Positions 21,621 through 31,239 of a stretch of 64,000 nucleotides of DNA are shown here, piece after piece. The translations under genes and the position numbers were made by a program. Numbering within the stretch: position 1 is the first letter of the stretch; the number at the start of each line of letters is the position of its first letter. The notes below the pieces were generated by a model. It did not search any database and was not told the DNA's origin. It saw only the letters and a program-made list of their open reading frames with translations. The stretch is from an uncultured Hellea sp. (GTDB taxonomy: Bacteria > Pseudomonadota > Alphaproteobacteria > Caulobacterales > Maricaulaceae): positions 15,451-79,450 of the forward strand of contig CAZNWH010000001.1 of the NCBI GenBank assembly GCA_964576765.1, given 5' to 3'.

Positions 21621-22265
21621 ATGAATGATTCATGGGGAACTAAGGAGAACATTATCGTTGCTGCGCGAAAAGCTCGGACCCAAACTGAACGTCGGGAAGA
21701 AGCCGAGGCCAGTATAATTCTGGCGGCTGCACGTCTTGTAGCGGAAAAAGGGTATGATGGTTTTTCATTAGCGGATGTTGGTGAGAAGGCTGGGTATAGC
21801 CGAGGCCTGCCGGCCCATTATTTCGGAAAAAGAGACGAACTCCTTAAGCGAGTCGCAGAAAAGATTATCGAAGATTTTTACGATGGTTTTTCTCGTATTC
21901 CTGAAACCAAACCCGGGTTACCGAACGTTAATGCGCTTGTCCGTCATTACGCAGCTTCTTCAAAAACTCGCCGGGTAAAGGCGCTGGTGATATTGCTTGC
22001 CAGATCTTTAGTGGATAAGAATTTAAAACCAACAATTCATGAATTAAATGACCTGTCTCTATCACTTCTTGAGCAGAGAATTGCTGCAGGGATAGACGTT
22101 GGGAATATTCGTCCGGACATAGATGTAAACGTCCAGGCACGTCTCATATATTCGTTTCTGAGGGGGCAGCTAGGGTTTGTTACTTTCGACAAAGATTATG
22201 ACATAGTTTCAATCTGTGAATCTTTTCTCGCGATGTTGGAGCAGACGATTGGGCGTAAAGCATAA
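21621..22265 (+). CDS. TetR/AcrR family regulator
   Basis: N-terminal HTH SLADVGEKAGYSRGLPAHYF. Confidence 0.92.
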   Translation: MNDSWGTKENIIVAARKARTQTERREEAEASIILAAARLVAEKGYDGFSLADVGEKAGYSRGLPAHYFGKRDELLKRVAEKIIEDFYDGFSRIPETKPGLPNVNALVRHYAASSKTRRVKALVILLARSLVDKNLKPTIHELNDLSLSLLEQRIAAGIDVGNIRPDIDVNVQARLIYSFLRGQLGFVTFDKDYDIVSICESFLAMLEQTIGRKA

Positions 22266-22278
22266 GGAATGCGATTGA

Positions 22279-23883
22279 GTGAGCGAAGGTAGTTGGGACT
22301 ATATAATTGTCGGCGGCGGGTCTGCCGGGTGTGTTTTGGCTAATCGGTTATCGTCGAATTCAAGTCATAATGTGCTCTTGCTTGATGCTGGGGTGAATGA
22401 TCGGAGTCCGAGTCTTCGTATTCCAGCGGGCATGATGGCGGCGCTCAGTAGTAAAAAACATAATTGGTTATATCCTTCAGCTCCAGACTCAACGCGCAGA
22501 AATGGGCAGGTAGATAAATGGTCAGGTGGAAAAGCTATTGGCGGTAGTAGTGCTATCAACGGCATGTTTTATATTCGCGGTCACGCCAGTGATTATGATA
22601 ATTGGGCGAGCCTAGGCTGCGAGGGCTGGGACTACCAATCAGTTTTACCGTATTTCAAATCAATTGAGAGTTTTGAAGGCGGTTCAGATGAATACAGAAA
22701 CTCAGATGGCCCGCAGTCAGTCATGTTTGAAAGAAACAGGTTCGACGTTGTTGAGAACTTTATGAATGCTGCAAAAGGTTGCGGTCACGAATTTAACCCG
22801 GATTATAATGCTAAGCATCAAACAGGTGTTTCCTACGCACAGCTTAGTCAAAAAAATGGACATCGACACTCAACCGCGCGGGCTTTCCTGGACCCTGTTC
22901 GCTCCCGTAAAAACTTGAAAATCATTATGGGGGCACAGGTCAAGCAGGTCCTCATTCAAGATAACAAAGCCGTCGGTGTCTCTTATCGAAAATCAGGTCG
23001 GGATTACACGGTAAATGCGAACGGCGAGATTATATTAAGTGCAGGCATGGTAGGTACGCCAAAAATATTGATGTATTCTGGCATAGGTCCCGGAGATATT
23101 TTATCCGCTCATGACATCGGCTTAGTTTATGACAGTCCTGAGGTTGGTCAAAATTTAACGGAGCATCCGGCGATTTACCAAAAAGCCAATATTACGGAAA
23201 AGTCTCTAAATTCAAGCGCTCACCCTCTAAGAGCTCCATTTGTCTTGCTGGATTGGCTTTTACGAGGACGAGGGGCCGCAACTGCAGCAGCCGTGGCCGC
23301 ACAAGTTCTATGCCGGACTGACGAAAACCTTCCCGCCCCGGATATACAGATATTCTTCCAGCCCTCTATTTTTTCTTATGACGTAGGGGACAAAACTGTG
23401 GATATGGGACTGCAGGACGGCATCGCTGTTTCTACCGTATTGCTGCATCCGACAAGTAGAGGAGAAGTGAAGATTACGTCACCTGATCCGCTGAGCACGC
23501 CTCAAATCGTGCATAAATTACTAGATACAGATGACGATAAGAGCAGAATGATGCTGGGGATGAGAAAGGTCGCAGATATATTATCAAACCCTGAGTTATC
23601 AAAGATCATTACCTCCTTAGACCAAGAGCTTTATCCATCGTCATCAGACGAAGCCTATGCAGAATTCTTGCGATCAGAAGCTTTTCGTGGAGAGCACGGC
23701 GTTGGAACCTGCCGTATGGGATCTGATGATAAGGCCGTGGTAGATCCTCAGTTAAAAGTAAGAGGTATTGACGGGTTGCGGGTCGTTGACGCGTCCATCA
23801 TGCCAAAAATTGTTAGTGGTAATACAAATGCCCCAACAATCATGATCGGAGAAAAAGCCTCTGCTATGATATTGGGTAGATAA
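22279..23883 (+). CDS. GMC family oxidoreductase
   Basis: GGGSAG, GGSSAING, GTCRMG, GNTNAPTIMIGE. Confidence 0.95.
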   Translation: MSEGSWDYIIVGGGSAGCVLANRLSSNSSHNVLLLDAGVNDRSPSLRIPAGMMAALSSKKHNWLYPSAPDSTRRNGQVDKWSGGKAIGGSSAINGMFYIRGHASDYDNWASLGCEGWDYQSVLPYFKSIESFEGGSDEYRNSDGPQSVMFERNRFDVVENFMNAAKGCGHEFNPDYNAKHQTGVSYAQLSQKNGHRHSTARAFLDPVRSRKNLKIIMGAQVKQVLIQDNKAVGVSYRKSGRDYTVNANGEIILSAGMVGTPKILMYSGIGPGDILSAHDIGLVYDSPEVGQNLTEHPAIYQKANITEKSLNSSAHPLRAPFVLLDWLLRGRGAATAAAVAAQVLCRTDENLPAPDIQIFFQPSIFSYDVGDKTVDMGLQDGIAVSTVLLHPTSRGEVKITSPDPLSTPQIVHKLLDTDDDKSRMMLGMRKVADILSNPELSKIITSLDQELYPSSSDEAYAEFLRSEAFRGEHGVGTCRMGSDDKAVVDPQLKVRGIDGLRVVDASIMPKIVSGNTNAPTIMIGEKASAMILGR

Positions 23884-23997
23884 AACCATTATTCCAGCGG
23901 CGGAAACTTTAATATGGTTCCATTGTCTTTGAGCTACGCTGTGTCCAGTGTTTCGACGGGGTCGGCGTTGGGGCTATTCGTCCCGTGGCTTAGATAA

Positions 23998-24018
23998 TAC
24001 TTGTAATGCAACAAGCAA
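23998..24018 (-). promoter_or_regulatory. Putative operator (TTGCTTGTTGCATTACAAGTA on minus strand)
   Basis: Matches the island motif, upstream of the DUF35/thiolase operon. Confidence 0.65.
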
Positions 24019-24061
24019 GTATGTAGTCATATTTCACTATATATATATGATTGGATTTTAA

Positions 24062-24481
24062 ATGACTGAGAATATCGACCCGCCTCTTTTGTTTGCAGAA
24101 AATGGTACGAAAGACTATCCGGATCACCCCGCATTAAATGGCGGAAGGTGCAAAGATTGTGGTCATGTTTTTTTTCCAATGCAAACGCATGGATGTGAAG
24201 TTTGCGGCTCGCAAAATTTAGAGCCGAAGTTATTGTCTGGGCATGGAGAGCTTATCGCTTCTGCTCAGGTCAATATGCCAGCGGGTAAGCACCGTCCGGC
24301 TCCTTTTACGATCGGCTCAGTAAAAACCGAAGACGGCGCTTTTGTGCGCACAATATTAGATGTTGCGCCTATGACGCCGCTAAAGACGGGTATTTCAGTT
24401 GTTACTGGCTTGGTTGATGAAGCGCGTCCCGACAAAGGTGAAAAAGACCTTCGGTTTAAGCCTGAAGAAGCAGGAGCGTAA
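24062..24481 (+). CDS. DUF35 (Zn-ribbon + OB-fold) protein
   Basis: CKDCG...CEVCG zinc ribbon followed by OB-fold; adjacent to thiolase-like gene. Confidence 0.88.
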   Translation: MTENIDPPLLFAENGTKDYPDHPALNGGRCKDCGHVFFPMQTHGCEVCGSQNLEPKLLSGHGELIASAQVNMPAGKHRPAPFTIGSVKTEDGAFVRTILDVAPMTPLKTGISVVTGLVDEARPDKGEKDLRFKPEEAGA

Positions 24482-24483
24482 TC

Positions 24484-25623
24484 ATGGGAAAGCAACTTAG
24501 CGATCTTCGTCCAGTTTATGTTGTCGGTATTGGGTTTCACCCCTATCAACGGCCAAGCGCTACGCCTTATGTGACTTTAGGCCTTCAAGCGATACGTCAG
24601 GCGCTTAGAGATGCTGGCGCTGAGTGGGGGCAAGTTGAATCCGCTTACGTGGCGCATGCTCTTTTAGGCATGGCTGTCGGACGGCCTATGCTTCGCCATC
24701 TCGGGGCCCTTGGTCAGCCTATTACCCATGTCGAAAATGCTTCGGCATCTGGTTCAGCCGCTTTCCGTCAGGCCTGTATAGAAATTGGCGCTGGGATTAG
24801 TGATATCTCACTTGCCGTGGGCGTGGATAAAATTCCGCCGCACGGATTGTTCCGCTCTCCGACAGGTGTTCCTGATTTGGCGGAAGATGCGATTCTTCCC
24901 TTTACGCATTTTGCACTCCTTGCCGATGAGTACTCGCAAAAACACGGCGCTAAGCCAGAAGATATTGCGCTCGTGGCGGTGAAAAACCATGCAAATGGCG
25001 CCAAAAATATCAATGCGCAACGGCAAAAGGAAAGGTCTCTTGAAGAGGTGCTAAGTCGCCCGATTTCAGGGACTATTTCGGCGCTGCAATGTACGCCTGT
25101 TGGCGAGGGGGCCGCCGCTGTGATTGTTGCGTCTGAAGAGGGTATTAAACGCCTAGGCGTTGATCCTAGTCGGGCCATACGCGTCGCGTCTTCGACAGCG
25201 GGGAGCGAGAGAGCTGGATTCGCGCTCAACCCTGATACGGCGCTGACGGCTGAAATTATTACTAAGTCCATTAATGAGGCGTCCTTAAAGCCGGCGGATT
25301 TGGATATTATTGAACTCCATGATGCCTTTGCCGTTGAAGAGCTACTTTACGCCGAAGCTACGGGCATCTGTAAGCCGGGCGAGTTCATTCCTAAGCTTAA
25401 AGATGGCAATTGGAACATTGGCGGGGAATGCGCCATTAGTCCATCAGGGGGTCTCATTGCTATGGGGCATCCGATTGGACCAACAGGTATTGGCCAAATT
25501 GGCGAAATCACGCGACAACTCCGGGGCGAGGCTGGGGAACGACAGCAGCCCAGCGCTAAGCACGGACTTGCCCATATGGTCGGGCTGGGCGCCGTATGTT
25601 TCGCTCATGTTTTGAGCAAGTAA
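24484..25623 (+). CDS. SCP2-type thiolase-fold protein lacking the nucleophilic Cys
   Basis: ENASASG (vs usual ENACASG), ELHDAF, GHPIGPTG. Confidence 0.88.
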   Translation: MGKQLSDLRPVYVVGIGFHPYQRPSATPYVTLGLQAIRQALRDAGAEWGQVESAYVAHALLGMAVGRPMLRHLGALGQPITHVENASASGSAAFRQACIEIGAGISDISLAVGVDKIPPHGLFRSPTGVPDLAEDAILPFTHFALLADEYSQKHGAKPEDIALVAVKNHANGAKNINAQRQKERSLEEVLSRPISGTISALQCTPVGEGAAAVIVASEEGIKRLGVDPSRAIRVASSTAGSERAGFALNPDTALTAEIITKSINEASLKPADLDIIELHDAFAVEELLYAEATGICKPGEFIPKLKDGNWNIGGECAISPSGGLIAMGHPIGPTGIGQIGEITRQLRGEAGERQQPSAKHGLAHMVGLGAVCFAHVLSK

Positions 25624-25636
25624 CGACTTAGAGTTT

Positions 25637-27031
25637 ATGACGCAACAAGATGACTCAATAGCTTTTAGGACAAAGGTTTCAAGTTTTTGTCAAAGGGCTC
25701 TTGGCGGGTCATCGAAAATTGACAATCTGCGCCGCCTGACGGGCGGTGCCAACATGGAAAGTTGGCTTATCGAGTATAGCGGCACGGCCTTTGTTTTGCG
25801 CCGTATGCCGACAGGAATGTCAGAGCTTGGCGGTATAGGTCTTTCCTCCGAAGCCCGTCTTATAAAAGCGGCGCGCGATGGCAGTGTTAAAGCACCCAAG
25901 GTTTGCGGCATTCTTATAGAGAGCGATGATCTCGGTTCTGGGTTTTTGATGGAAAAAATTGAGGGCGAAACTCTTCCTCATAAAATATTCCGCGACACGT
26001 CTTATTCAGCTGCGGTTCAAAACTTGATGCAAGACTGTGCTATCGAGTTGGCTAAAATTCACGCTATGAATGTGGATGATTTCTCGGACATTTTGGACAC
26101 CAAATCACCTCAGCAAATGATTGATGCCCTATACTCTGACTACCGGGCTAGTCAGTGTCCTATTCCTGTATTTGAGGCCGCGTTTTCTTGGCTTAGAGAA
26201 AACATGCCCAATGATCGTGCGCATACGATATTGCACGGTGATTTTCGCATGGGTAATCTGATGATCGACGAAATGGGGATTAGCGGCGTACTCGATTGGG
26301 AGTTGGCCCATATCGGAGATCCGGCCCAAGATGTGGCTTATCTCTGTACACCGTCTTGGAGATTTGGAAATTACCACAAGACCGTCGGAGGATTTGGCGA
26401 TTTGGACGGGTTCCTCGACGCATATGCGAGACGTGGCGGCCTTTCTATCCCAAGGTCGGATGTTCAATTTTGGATGATTTACTCATCTCTATGGTGGGCG
26501 ACAGTCTGCTTTTCCATGACGAATACCTGGCGCAGTGGAGAGGATCGAGGGCTCGAACGTATTGTTATTGGTCGGCGTGTTTCGGAGTGTGAAGTCGACA
26601 TATTAATCCTGTTGGAAGAAGCGATGAGCCTAACGGCGCCGAGAATAGATTGGAAATTACCGACCGAACCGGCGCATATTGGGCAGCCCGATGGAGCAGA
26701 ACTAATGACCGCCTTAATTGCATGGGACTCTGATGTCGTCATCCCGTCCGCCGAAAGTCGTGATCTTTTTCAGGCGCGCGTGGCCAGAAACGCGCTCGGT
26801 ATCCTCAAACGAGAAGCCCTATATTCTCCGACATTCGAGCAACAACAAAATGCCAGATTGGCTAAGCTTGGTTTGGACAATGTTTCTCTTTGTGCGAAAC
26901 TGGCAACCGGTGACCTGACGCTAGCTAATCCTGATATACTTAGCCACCTTCGACATCAGGCGCTAGAAACCCTTTCGATTGATCAGCCAAAATATGCTGG
27001 CTTGCAAGCAGCCCTTAAAGATTGGACGTAA
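25637..27031 (+). CDS. APH-family phosphotransferase with C-terminal DUF6285-like domain (LvaAB/ACAD10-11 kinase-like)
   Basis: LTGGA, HGDFRMGN, DWELAHIGDP; C-terminal FQARVARNAL...DQPKY. Confidence 0.82.
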   Translation: MTQQDDSIAFRTKVSSFCQRALGGSSKIDNLRRLTGGANMESWLIEYSGTAFVLRRMPTGMSELGGIGLSSEARLIKAARDGSVKAPKVCGILIESDDLGSGFLMEKIEGETLPHKIFRDTSYSAAVQNLMQDCAIELAKIHAMNVDDFSDILDTKSPQQMIDALYSDYRASQCPIPVFEAAFSWLRENMPNDRAHTILHGDFRMGNLMIDEMGISGVLDWELAHIGDPAQDVAYLCTPSWRFGNYHKTVGGFGDLDGFLDAYARRGGLSIPRSDVQFWMIYSSLWWATVCFSMTNTWRSGEDRGLERIVIGRRVSECEVDILILLEEAMSLTAPRIDWKLPTEPAHIGQPDGAELMTALIAWDSDVVIPSAESRDLFQARVARNALGILKREALYSPTFEQQQNARLAKLGLDNVSLCAKLATGDLTLANPDILSHLRHQALETLSIDQPKYAGLQAALKDWT

Positions 27032-27033
27032 TC

Positions 27034-28296
27034 ATGTTCGCTATCCCTAAAGAGATTGAAGATTATTTAACTGTCCTTGACGATTTTATTGAAGCGGAAA
27101 TAAAACCGCTGGAAAATGTAGATGATAATATTCGATTTTTCGATCATCGCCGGGAACATGCTCGGACTGATTGGGATAATAACGGGCTCCCCAGGCAGGA
27201 ATGGGAAAATTTATTGCATACCGCGCGTCAGCGCGCCGACAAGGCAGGACATCTAAGGTATCAGCTTCCGAAAGAATTTGGCGGGCAAGATGGCACGAAT
27301 TTGGGCATGGCCCGTATTCGAGAGCACCTCGCCCATAAAGGATTGGGACTTCACAATGATCTGCAAAATGAGCATTCCATAGTTGGAAACCTTGTGCAGC
27401 CATTGATGGTTCGGGACTTTGGTACCCCGGCGCAAAAAGAAGCGTTTATTCGCCCGATGTGCGATGGTGATGTTATGTGGGCTTTTGGCCTAACAGAAGC
27501 CGCACATGGATCTGATGCAACTCATATGGAGACTACGGCGACTCCGCAATCGCGTGATGGCGTAGACGGATGGCTGATCAATGGTGAAAAAATGTGGGCG
27601 ACGGGACTGCATGTCGCGACACACATAATGTGTTTTGCTCGGCATGCCGGTGACGCAGGTAACCCCAGAGGTATTGGGTGTTTTATTGTCCCGACAGATG
27701 CACCCGGTTTTGAGATCGGTCAGTATATGTGGACCTTCAATATGCCAACAGACCATCCGAAATGTAGCTTTAAAGATGTCTGGATTCCTGGAGACTCTGT
27801 TCTCGGAGATCCGATGAATGGCCTCGCTTGCGCGATGCATTTTGTTCATGAAAATCGAATACGCCAAGCGGCGTCATCCTTAGGGGCTGCGCAATACTGT
27901 ATTGACGAGTCTGTAAAATATGCGCGCGAGAGAAGGCCTTTTGGCAAAGCTCTAGCGGTCAATCAGGGTATCCAATTTCCACTCGTCGAATTGGCGACAG
28001 ATGCGGAAATGCTAAGGCTGCTGATTTATAAAACGGCGTATGAAATGGACCAAATGTCTAAACCTGACGTGGCTAAGAAACTCTCGGACAAAGTTTCAAT
28101 GTGTAACTATCGGGCAAACAGGCTGGTGTGCAAAGCTGCTGATCAAGCTATGCAGGTGCATGGAGGATTGGGCTATTCGCGGCATAAGCCATTTGAGCAT
28201 ATTTACCGTCACCACAGAAGATACCGGATTACAGAAGGGGCCGAAGAGATTCAAATGCGAAAGGTTGGAGGATATTTGTTCGGATTTTTGAAATAG
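27034..28296 (+). CDS. Acyl-CoA dehydrogenase (LvaC/ACAD11-like)
   Basis: FGLTE..HGSDA, QVHGGLG, RITEGAEEI. Confidence 0.92.
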   Translation: MFAIPKEIEDYLTVLDDFIEAEIKPLENVDDNIRFFDHRREHARTDWDNNGLPRQEWENLLHTARQRADKAGHLRYQLPKEFGGQDGTNLGMARIREHLAHKGLGLHNDLQNEHSIVGNLVQPLMVRDFGTPAQKEAFIRPMCDGDVMWAFGLTEAAHGSDATHMETTATPQSRDGVDGWLINGEKMWATGLHVATHIMCFARHAGDAGNPRGIGCFIVPTDAPGFEIGQYMWTFNMPTDHPKCSFKDVWIPGDSVLGDPMNGLACAMHFVHENRIRQAASSLGAAQYCIDESVKYARERRPFGKALAVNQGIQFPLVELATDAEMLRLLIYKTAYEMDQMSKPDVAKKLSDKVSMCNYRANRLVCKAADQAMQVHGGLGYSRHKPFEHIYRHHRRYRITEGAEEIQMRKVGGYLFGFLK

Positions 28297-28319
28297 AATT
28301 TCCTGTACTTCAGTACAAG

Positions 28320-28340
28320 TTGCTTGCTATCCAACAAGTA
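28320..28340 (+). promoter_or_regulatory. Putative operator TTGCTTGCTATCCAACAAGTA
   Basis: Matches the island motif, upstream of the hydrolase-VOC-lyase operon. Confidence 0.65.
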
Positions 28341-28415
28341 TCTTGGTATCTCCTATATGATCGGAACTATGAACGAACCGTGTTTGAGTTTAATCTGAAT
28401 TCATAAGGAAATAGC

Positions 28416-29597
28416 ATGTCAAAGATTCTCTTTCTTCCGTCGAGCACGCCAGAATATGATGTGTTGCCGATTTCCTTGGGGTATCAAGAAAAGGCTGTTT
28501 TCAAAGATACTTATGGCGGCGCTGTCGGCTGGGTCGGTTTGGGCGGCAGGTATTATAAGCCCAAAAAAGAATCTGACACTGTTTTGATCAGCATGCACCC
28601 TATTGGGGGCACTGGCCGGCTTCAGATTATGGGCGAATTTGCGCGGCAGGGTATTCATGTCATTGGCGCGGACAGCCGTTATCGCGGTGTTGATAATGCG
28701 CTAATCATGGAGAAAGTCGCAACTGATCTGGGCGCCGTTGTGCGTCATGCAAAAGAAAACCTTGGATATAAAAAAGTCGTACTCCTTGGTTGGAGCGGTG
28801 GAGGGGCCTTATCATCCTTCTATCAAGCTCAGGCAGAAGCCCCAACAGTGACGACGTCTCCTTGTGGAACAGGGCCGGATTTGACAACGGCGGATCTGAC
28901 GCCCGCCGACACGGTTATTTTTATGGCTGCGCATGTTTCGCGCCATGGAACGCTGACCGAATGGTTGGACCCATCGATAATTGACGAGTCAGATCCTTAT
29001 AAGCGAGACCCAGAGTTGGATATCTATTCGGGTGAACATAAGCCGCCATTCTCTCAGGATTTCCTTGACCGTTACCGCAGCGCTCAAATTGAGAGAAACC
29101 GAAAGATTACGGCTTGGGTCGAAGATAAACTTGATTGGCTCAAATCTTCAGGGCGTGAAAATGAGGAATTTGCCTTCACAACACACGGAACCATGGCCGA
29201 CCCACGTTGGGTTGATCCGGAAGTGGACCCCAATGACCGCACCCCAGGAGTGTGTTACATGGGAGACCCCAAAATTGTAAATATGAGCCCCGTTGGCTTG
29301 GCGCGCGCCTCTACACTTCGAAGCTGGCTTTCTCAGTGGAGTTTCGACCGCGCTAACGCGGATGGCCCGAAATCAGCCGCGTCGATTACCAAGCCTGTTT
29401 TGGTCGTTACCAATACGGCAGATCACGCCTGTACGCCTAGCCATTCCAAGCGGCTATTTGATGGGGTTAAGCATGATAACAAAATGGCTATCGATATAAA
29501 AGGGGCTAAACATTATTATCAAGCTCAGCCAGAGCTCGCACAGCAAGCCGTGTCAGCGGTGAAAGACTGGCTGAATACTCAAGGTTTTGACGTCTAG
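28416..29597 (+). CDS. Alpha/beta hydrolase
   Basis: GWSGGG nucleophile elbow, ADH and GAKH Asp/His candidates. Confidence 0.88.
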   Translation: MSKILFLPSSTPEYDVLPISLGYQEKAVFKDTYGGAVGWVGLGGRYYKPKKESDTVLISMHPIGGTGRLQIMGEFARQGIHVIGADSRYRGVDNALIMEKVATDLGAVVRHAKENLGYKKVVLLGWSGGGALSSFYQAQAEAPTVTTSPCGTGPDLTTADLTPADTVIFMAAHVSRHGTLTEWLDPSIIDESDPYKRDPELDIYSGEHKPPFSQDFLDRYRSAQIERNRKITAWVEDKLDWLKSSGRENEEFAFTTHGTMADPRWVDPEVDPNDRTPGVCYMGDPKIVNMSPVGLARASTLRSWLSQWSFDRANADGPKSAASITKPVLVVTNTADHACTPSHSKRLFDGVKHDNKMAIDIKGAKHYYQAQPELAQQAVSAVKDWLNTQGFDV

Positions 29598-29641
29598 CTG
29601 TATTACTACTGAATTATACTTTCGCAAAAAGGAGACATAAA

Positions 29642-30322
29642 ATGACTCAACCTAACGGAATACATCATCTCGCTATATCGACGGCTAATATGAAAGAGCA
29701 ATTGACGTTCTTTACACAAGTCATGGGCATGGAATTAGTCGCCCTTTATTACATGCACGGCGTAGAGGGCGCTTGGCATGGGTTTTGTAAATTAAATGAT
29801 CACTGTTCTATCGCCTTTGTGTTTACCCCGCAAAATAAAGATGCAAAAACTGTGATTGGTCAAACCCATGCAGGCAATGGTGCTGGCCCATCAGCCCCAG
29901 GTACAATGCAACATTTGTCATTCAATGTAGATACGGATGAAGAGCTTATCGCTATGCGTGACCGTATTCGTTCCCATGGCGTTCCTGTCTTCGGACCTGC
30001 TGATCACGGCATGTGCAAATCAATTTATTTTGCAGGGCCAGAAGGACAGACCCTAGAGGTGGCGACATCTGAAACAGCCATTGATGCGCGTCAGTGGATT
30101 GATCCAGAGGTCGTAGCATTAGCGGGCATTTCGGACGAAGAGCTTGAAGCTATGAAGAACCCACCTGCTGGATCCGATGGACCTGTCAAGCAACCTGCTT
30201 TTGATCCGAGCAGCTATCATATGGAATATCCTGAGGCGCAATATCAGATGATGATGGGCGCACCTGATGAAGTGCTGATGGCGCATATGAGTTATGCTGA
30301 GCCTCCCGTTCCTTTAGCATAA
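29642..30322 (+). CDS. VOC (glyoxalase/extradiol dioxygenase) family protein
   Basis: GIHHLAI, QHLSF, SIYFAGPEGQTLE. Confidence 0.88.
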   Translation: MTQPNGIHHLAISTANMKEQLTFFTQVMGMELVALYYMHGVEGAWHGFCKLNDHCSIAFVFTPQNKDAKTVIGQTHAGNGAGPSAPGTMQHLSFNVDTDEELIAMRDRIRSHGVPVFGPADHGMCKSIYFAGPEGQTLEVATSETAIDARQWIDPEVVALAGISDEELEAMKNPPAGSDGPVKQPAFDPSSYHMEYPEAQYQMMMGAPDEVLMAHMSYAEPPVPLA

Positions 30323-30326
30323 TGGG

Positions 30327-31238
30327 ATGACCCGCTCCGTTGAAATCGTTGAAGTTGGGCCGCGTGATGGCCTGCAGAATGAAAAGAGTCTTGTCTCCAC
30401 AGATGAGAAGGTCGTCTTTATTCATAAAGCGATTGAGGCTGGCGTAAAACGTCTCGAAGTCACAAGTTTCGTACACCCAAAGCGTGTTCCGCAAATGGCC
30501 GATGCCGAGGACGTTGTACGCGAACTGGGTGTTATCGACGGTGTTACACGAATTGGCCTAACGCTTAACAAACGAGGTGCGCTTAGGGCTTTGGAGACCG
30601 GCGTTGAGCAGCTTGGTGCAGTGTGCGTCGCTTCAGATAGCTTTGCTTCCAAAAACCAAAACCAGACGAGTGATCAGACGGTAAAAACGTCAAATGAAAT
30701 TATTAGATTGGCCCAGTCCGAAGGGCGCACGGGCCAGGTAACCATTGCAGCATCTTTTGGCTGTCCCTTTGAGGGCGAGGTACCGGAAGACCGCGTTTTA
30801 GCCATGGTTCGAAAGTTGTTGGATTCTGAACCAGTTGAAATTTCATTGGCGGACACAATTGGCGTTGGCGTGCCGCAGCAAGTCTCTAGCCTCGTGAAAA
30901 AAGTTGTGAAAATGGCAGGTTCCACGCCCGTTAGGGTCCATTTTCATAATACACGTAACACTGGCATTGCAAATGTTTGGGCTGCCGTAGAGGCTGGAGC
31001 CACCATCGTTGACGCCTCGATTGGCGGCATTGGTGGATGTCCATTTGCACCAGCCGCGACAGGTAATGTGGCGACAGAAGATGTGATGTACATGTTTGGC
31101 CGTTCAGGCATTGAGCACGGGCTGGATATGGAAAGAATTATTCCGACAGCGAAATGGCTCGAAACAGTTCTCGGTAAAGATGTGCCCTCAATGCTCGCGA
31201 AAGCAGGCCATTTTCCAAAAACTCAAGAAGAGATTTAA
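30327..31238 (+). CDS. HMG-CoA lyase family protein
   Basis: EVGPRDGLQNE, HFHNT, GGCPFAP. Confidence 0.93.
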   Translation: MTRSVEIVEVGPRDGLQNEKSLVSTDEKVVFIHKAIEAGVKRLEVTSFVHPKRVPQMADAEDVVRELGVIDGVTRIGLTLNKRGALRALETGVEQLGAVCVASDSFASKNQNQTSDQTVKTSNEIIRLAQSEGRTGQVTIAASFGCPFEGEVPEDRVLAMVRKLLDSEPVEISLADTIGVGVPQQVSSLVKKVVKMAGSTPVRVHFHNTRNTGIANVWAAVEAGATIVDASIGGIGGCPFAPAATGNVATEDVMYMFGRSGIEHGLDMERIIPTAKWLETVLGKDVPSMLAKAGHFPKTQEEI

Positions 31239-31239
31239 T

